A stretch of DNA of 48,809 bases from a virus. Lineage: Duplodnaviria; Caudoviricetes. This document shows, piece by piece, positions 47,385 to 48,809 of this stretch. The stretch lies in IMG/VR virus record IMGVR_UViG_3300033512_000145, positions 1-48,809 of that record; one strand, 5' to 3'. Each line of letters begins with the position of its first letter. Position 1 is the first letter of the stretch. The notes beneath the pieces are model-generated. The model was not told where the DNA came from, searched no databases, and saw only the letters and a list, made by a program, of their open reading frames with translations. A program made the position numbers and the translations under genes.

Positions 47385-47628
47385 TTAATGCCAATTCTTT
47401 TCTTCCAGGCTCATGTCAGTGAATTCGCCCACCTGATCCAGGATCATGGTCCCGTCACCGGCTCCGCAGTCCAGGACATTCACGCAGCTTAAAACCGCTT
47501 TACAGCCTTCATAAGTGGTGTAATACTGGATCATGTCGGATTTGATGCGGTCGATCATGCGAAAATCTGTCGGGTACCACTCAAAGTCCTGGTCCCGGTC
47601 TTTCAAGGGCTGTTACGATAGCGTTCAT
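47385..47628 (-). pseudogene. Frameshifted, truncated methyltransferase (DUF4942-associated type) N-terminal remnant
   Basis: aggagg-ATG MNAIVTA, one-base shift, then LKDRDQDFEWYPT...VLDCGAGDG; stops before any NPPF motif. Confidence 0.65.
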
Positions 47629-47714
47629 GCAGCCCTCCTATCCATCTTCCGCCGCTCGGGATAAAAAGAGGTATAATGAAACCGCCGCCGGTCTTTGGTA
47701 GATCTGGGGATCAT
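47625..47714 (-). CDS. 29-aa Arg-rich peptide
   Basis: Not in ORF track; MIPRSTKDRRRFHYTSFYPERRKMDRRAA with ATGA overlaps on both sides and ggaggtg RBS. Confidence 0.5.
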   Translation of the reverse strand: MIPRSTKDRRRFHYTSFYPERRKMDRRAA

Positions 47715-48019
47715 TTGGACACCTCCACTCCGTTAATTTTAACAATATTTGCTTCTGCTACGATTGCCGTTGACCCATCCTTGAACGGGACAAGCTTTTT
47801 GGTGATTTTTGGGCCTTCGTAGGAGCATTTTGGAAGTATGCCGTTGTATGCTATCGCCTTAATCTTTACTACTCTAATGGTATAATACCTGCCATAAATG
47901 ATATCACCAAGGTTGGCTGGACTATGGGCCAGGGCATACTTTAAATTCAAATTGTTTGTCCTTTTCCTGAACTCCGCCTCGATCATGGCTTTTTCTTTCA
48001 GGTATTCTTCTGGTGTCAT
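47711..48019 (-). CDS. Hypothetical protein
   Basis: ATGA-coupled, RBS. Confidence 0.7.
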   Translation of the reverse strand: MTPEEYLKEKAMIEAEFRKRTNNLNLKYALAHSPANLGDIIYGRYYTIRVVKIKAIAYNGILPKCSYEGPKITKKLVPFKDGSTAIVAEANIVKINGVEVSK

Positions 48020-48204
48020 TTGACCCTCCCCATCTTGACGGCGGTAAAATACGGAAACCAGGCGGCAGCTAAAGATTTTTGAAAATCAATGGCACTCCCG
48101 GAATAGGAATTAATATAGGTCTCGGTGTGTAATGAATATGAGTTCGTTCGGAAGCAAAAAACCGGCTGATCCTTTTTTTCTTTTGCTGGTTGAATATCCA
48201 TCAT
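48016..48204 (-). CDS. Hypothetical protein
   Basis: ATGA-coupled, RBS. Confidence 0.55.
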   Translation of the reverse strand: MMDIQPAKEKKDQPVFCFRTNSYSLHTETYINSYSGSAIDFQKSLAAAWFPYFTAVKMGRVK

Positions 48205-48809
48205 TCAACCTCCACGAATAAACCATCTTCAGACAGGCTGTACCACGTTCCAGATTTAAGCTTGCCATCTGTGCCGTCACCGCACCCGGTTTCAGCGCAT
48301 TTCATTTCTGTTCTGTTTTCTTTTTCATTTAACCACGCTAAAGCTATACAGCCGAAGACTCCGGCCGTCGCTTTTGAATTTAATCCGGTACACATAGCCG
48401 CTGACCTGTATCCGGTGGCTGAGCTTGCTGAACTGTATCCGGTGGCTGAGCTTGCTGAACTGTCTCCGGTGGCTGAGCTTGCTGACCTGTCTCCGGTGGC
48501 TGAGCTTGCTGAACTGTATCCGGTGGCTGAGCTTGCTGACCTGTCTCCGGTGGCTGAGCTTGCTGAACTGTCTCCGGTGGCTGAGCTTGCTGACCTGTAT
48601 CCGGTGGCTGAGCTTGCTGAACTGTATCCGGTGGCTGAGCTTGCTGACCTGTATCCGGTGGCTGAGCTTGCTGAACTGTCTCCGGTGGCTGAGCTTGCTG
48701 ACCTGTCTCCGGTGGCTGAGCTTGCTGACCTGTCTCCGGTGGCTGAGCTTGCTGAACTGTCTCCGGTGGAATTTTTTGATTTAGACTTTTTACATTTTGA
48801 TAAAACAAA
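48201..48809 (-). CDS. DUF7666-like repeat protein, 3' part
   Basis: Same frame as 1-626 across the junction; repeats followed by CIALAW...DGKLKSGTWYSLSEDGLFVEVE. Confidence 0.85.
   Translation of the reverse strand, partial: FVLSKCKKSKSKNSTGDSSASSATGDRSASSATGDRSASSATGDSSASSATGYRSASSATGYSSASSATGYRSASSATGDSSASSATGDRSASSATGYSSASSATGDRSASSATGDSSASSATGYSSASSATGYRSAAMCTGLNSKATAGVFGCIALAWLNEKENRTEMKCAETGCGDGTDGKLKSGTWYSLSEDGLFVEVE
48400..48768. repeat. 27-bp tandem repeat, 13 full units plus one partial
   Basis: Same unit as 1-243; full units start at 48418. Confidence 0.97.

Noticed and set aside
1-48809. Alternative genetic code or prophage status
   Set aside because: Core genes are intact in the standard code; no integrase, att-flanking host genes or suppressor tRNA seen.

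Overview
This window is a near-complete, circularly permuted ~48.5 kb genome of a tailed dsDNA phage with podovirus-like organisation. The two ends overlap, and one gene (DUF7666-like, missed by the ORF track) runs across the junction. Modules in order: divergent sigma70 promoters at ~1.55 kb; a rightward recombination/replication operon (Erf, YqaJ exonuclease, NinB, HNH-AP2, truncated initiator with iterons, RepB-type primase, intein-split SF2 helicase, SSB, MazG, PD-(D/E)xK nuclease); a leftward accessory operon at 13.1-17.65 kb (DUF3560-adenine methyltransferase, J-domain protein) behind a sigma54+IHF-like promoter; a structured intergenic region at 18.2-18.55 kb; terS/terL, portal, scaffold, Mu gpT-like major capsid, adaptor/nozzle and three probable ejection proteins; a tail-fibre/adhesin cluster; lysis genes; and leftward small ORFs. 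I saw no integrase, HTH repressor, tRNA, CRISPR array or reverse transcriptase. The main observations are: (1) an intein whose Vsr/DUF559-like endonuclease is a separate gene in the +1 frame, nested inside the still-open intein frame; (2) a ~350-nt multi-helix ncRNA candidate upstream of terS; (3) five clustered tail-module proteins with Sec or lipoprotein signal peptides; (4) four paired motif/hairpin elements punctuating the accessory operon; (5) the sigma54-type promoter. All family calls are by-eye motif recognition, not database searches.
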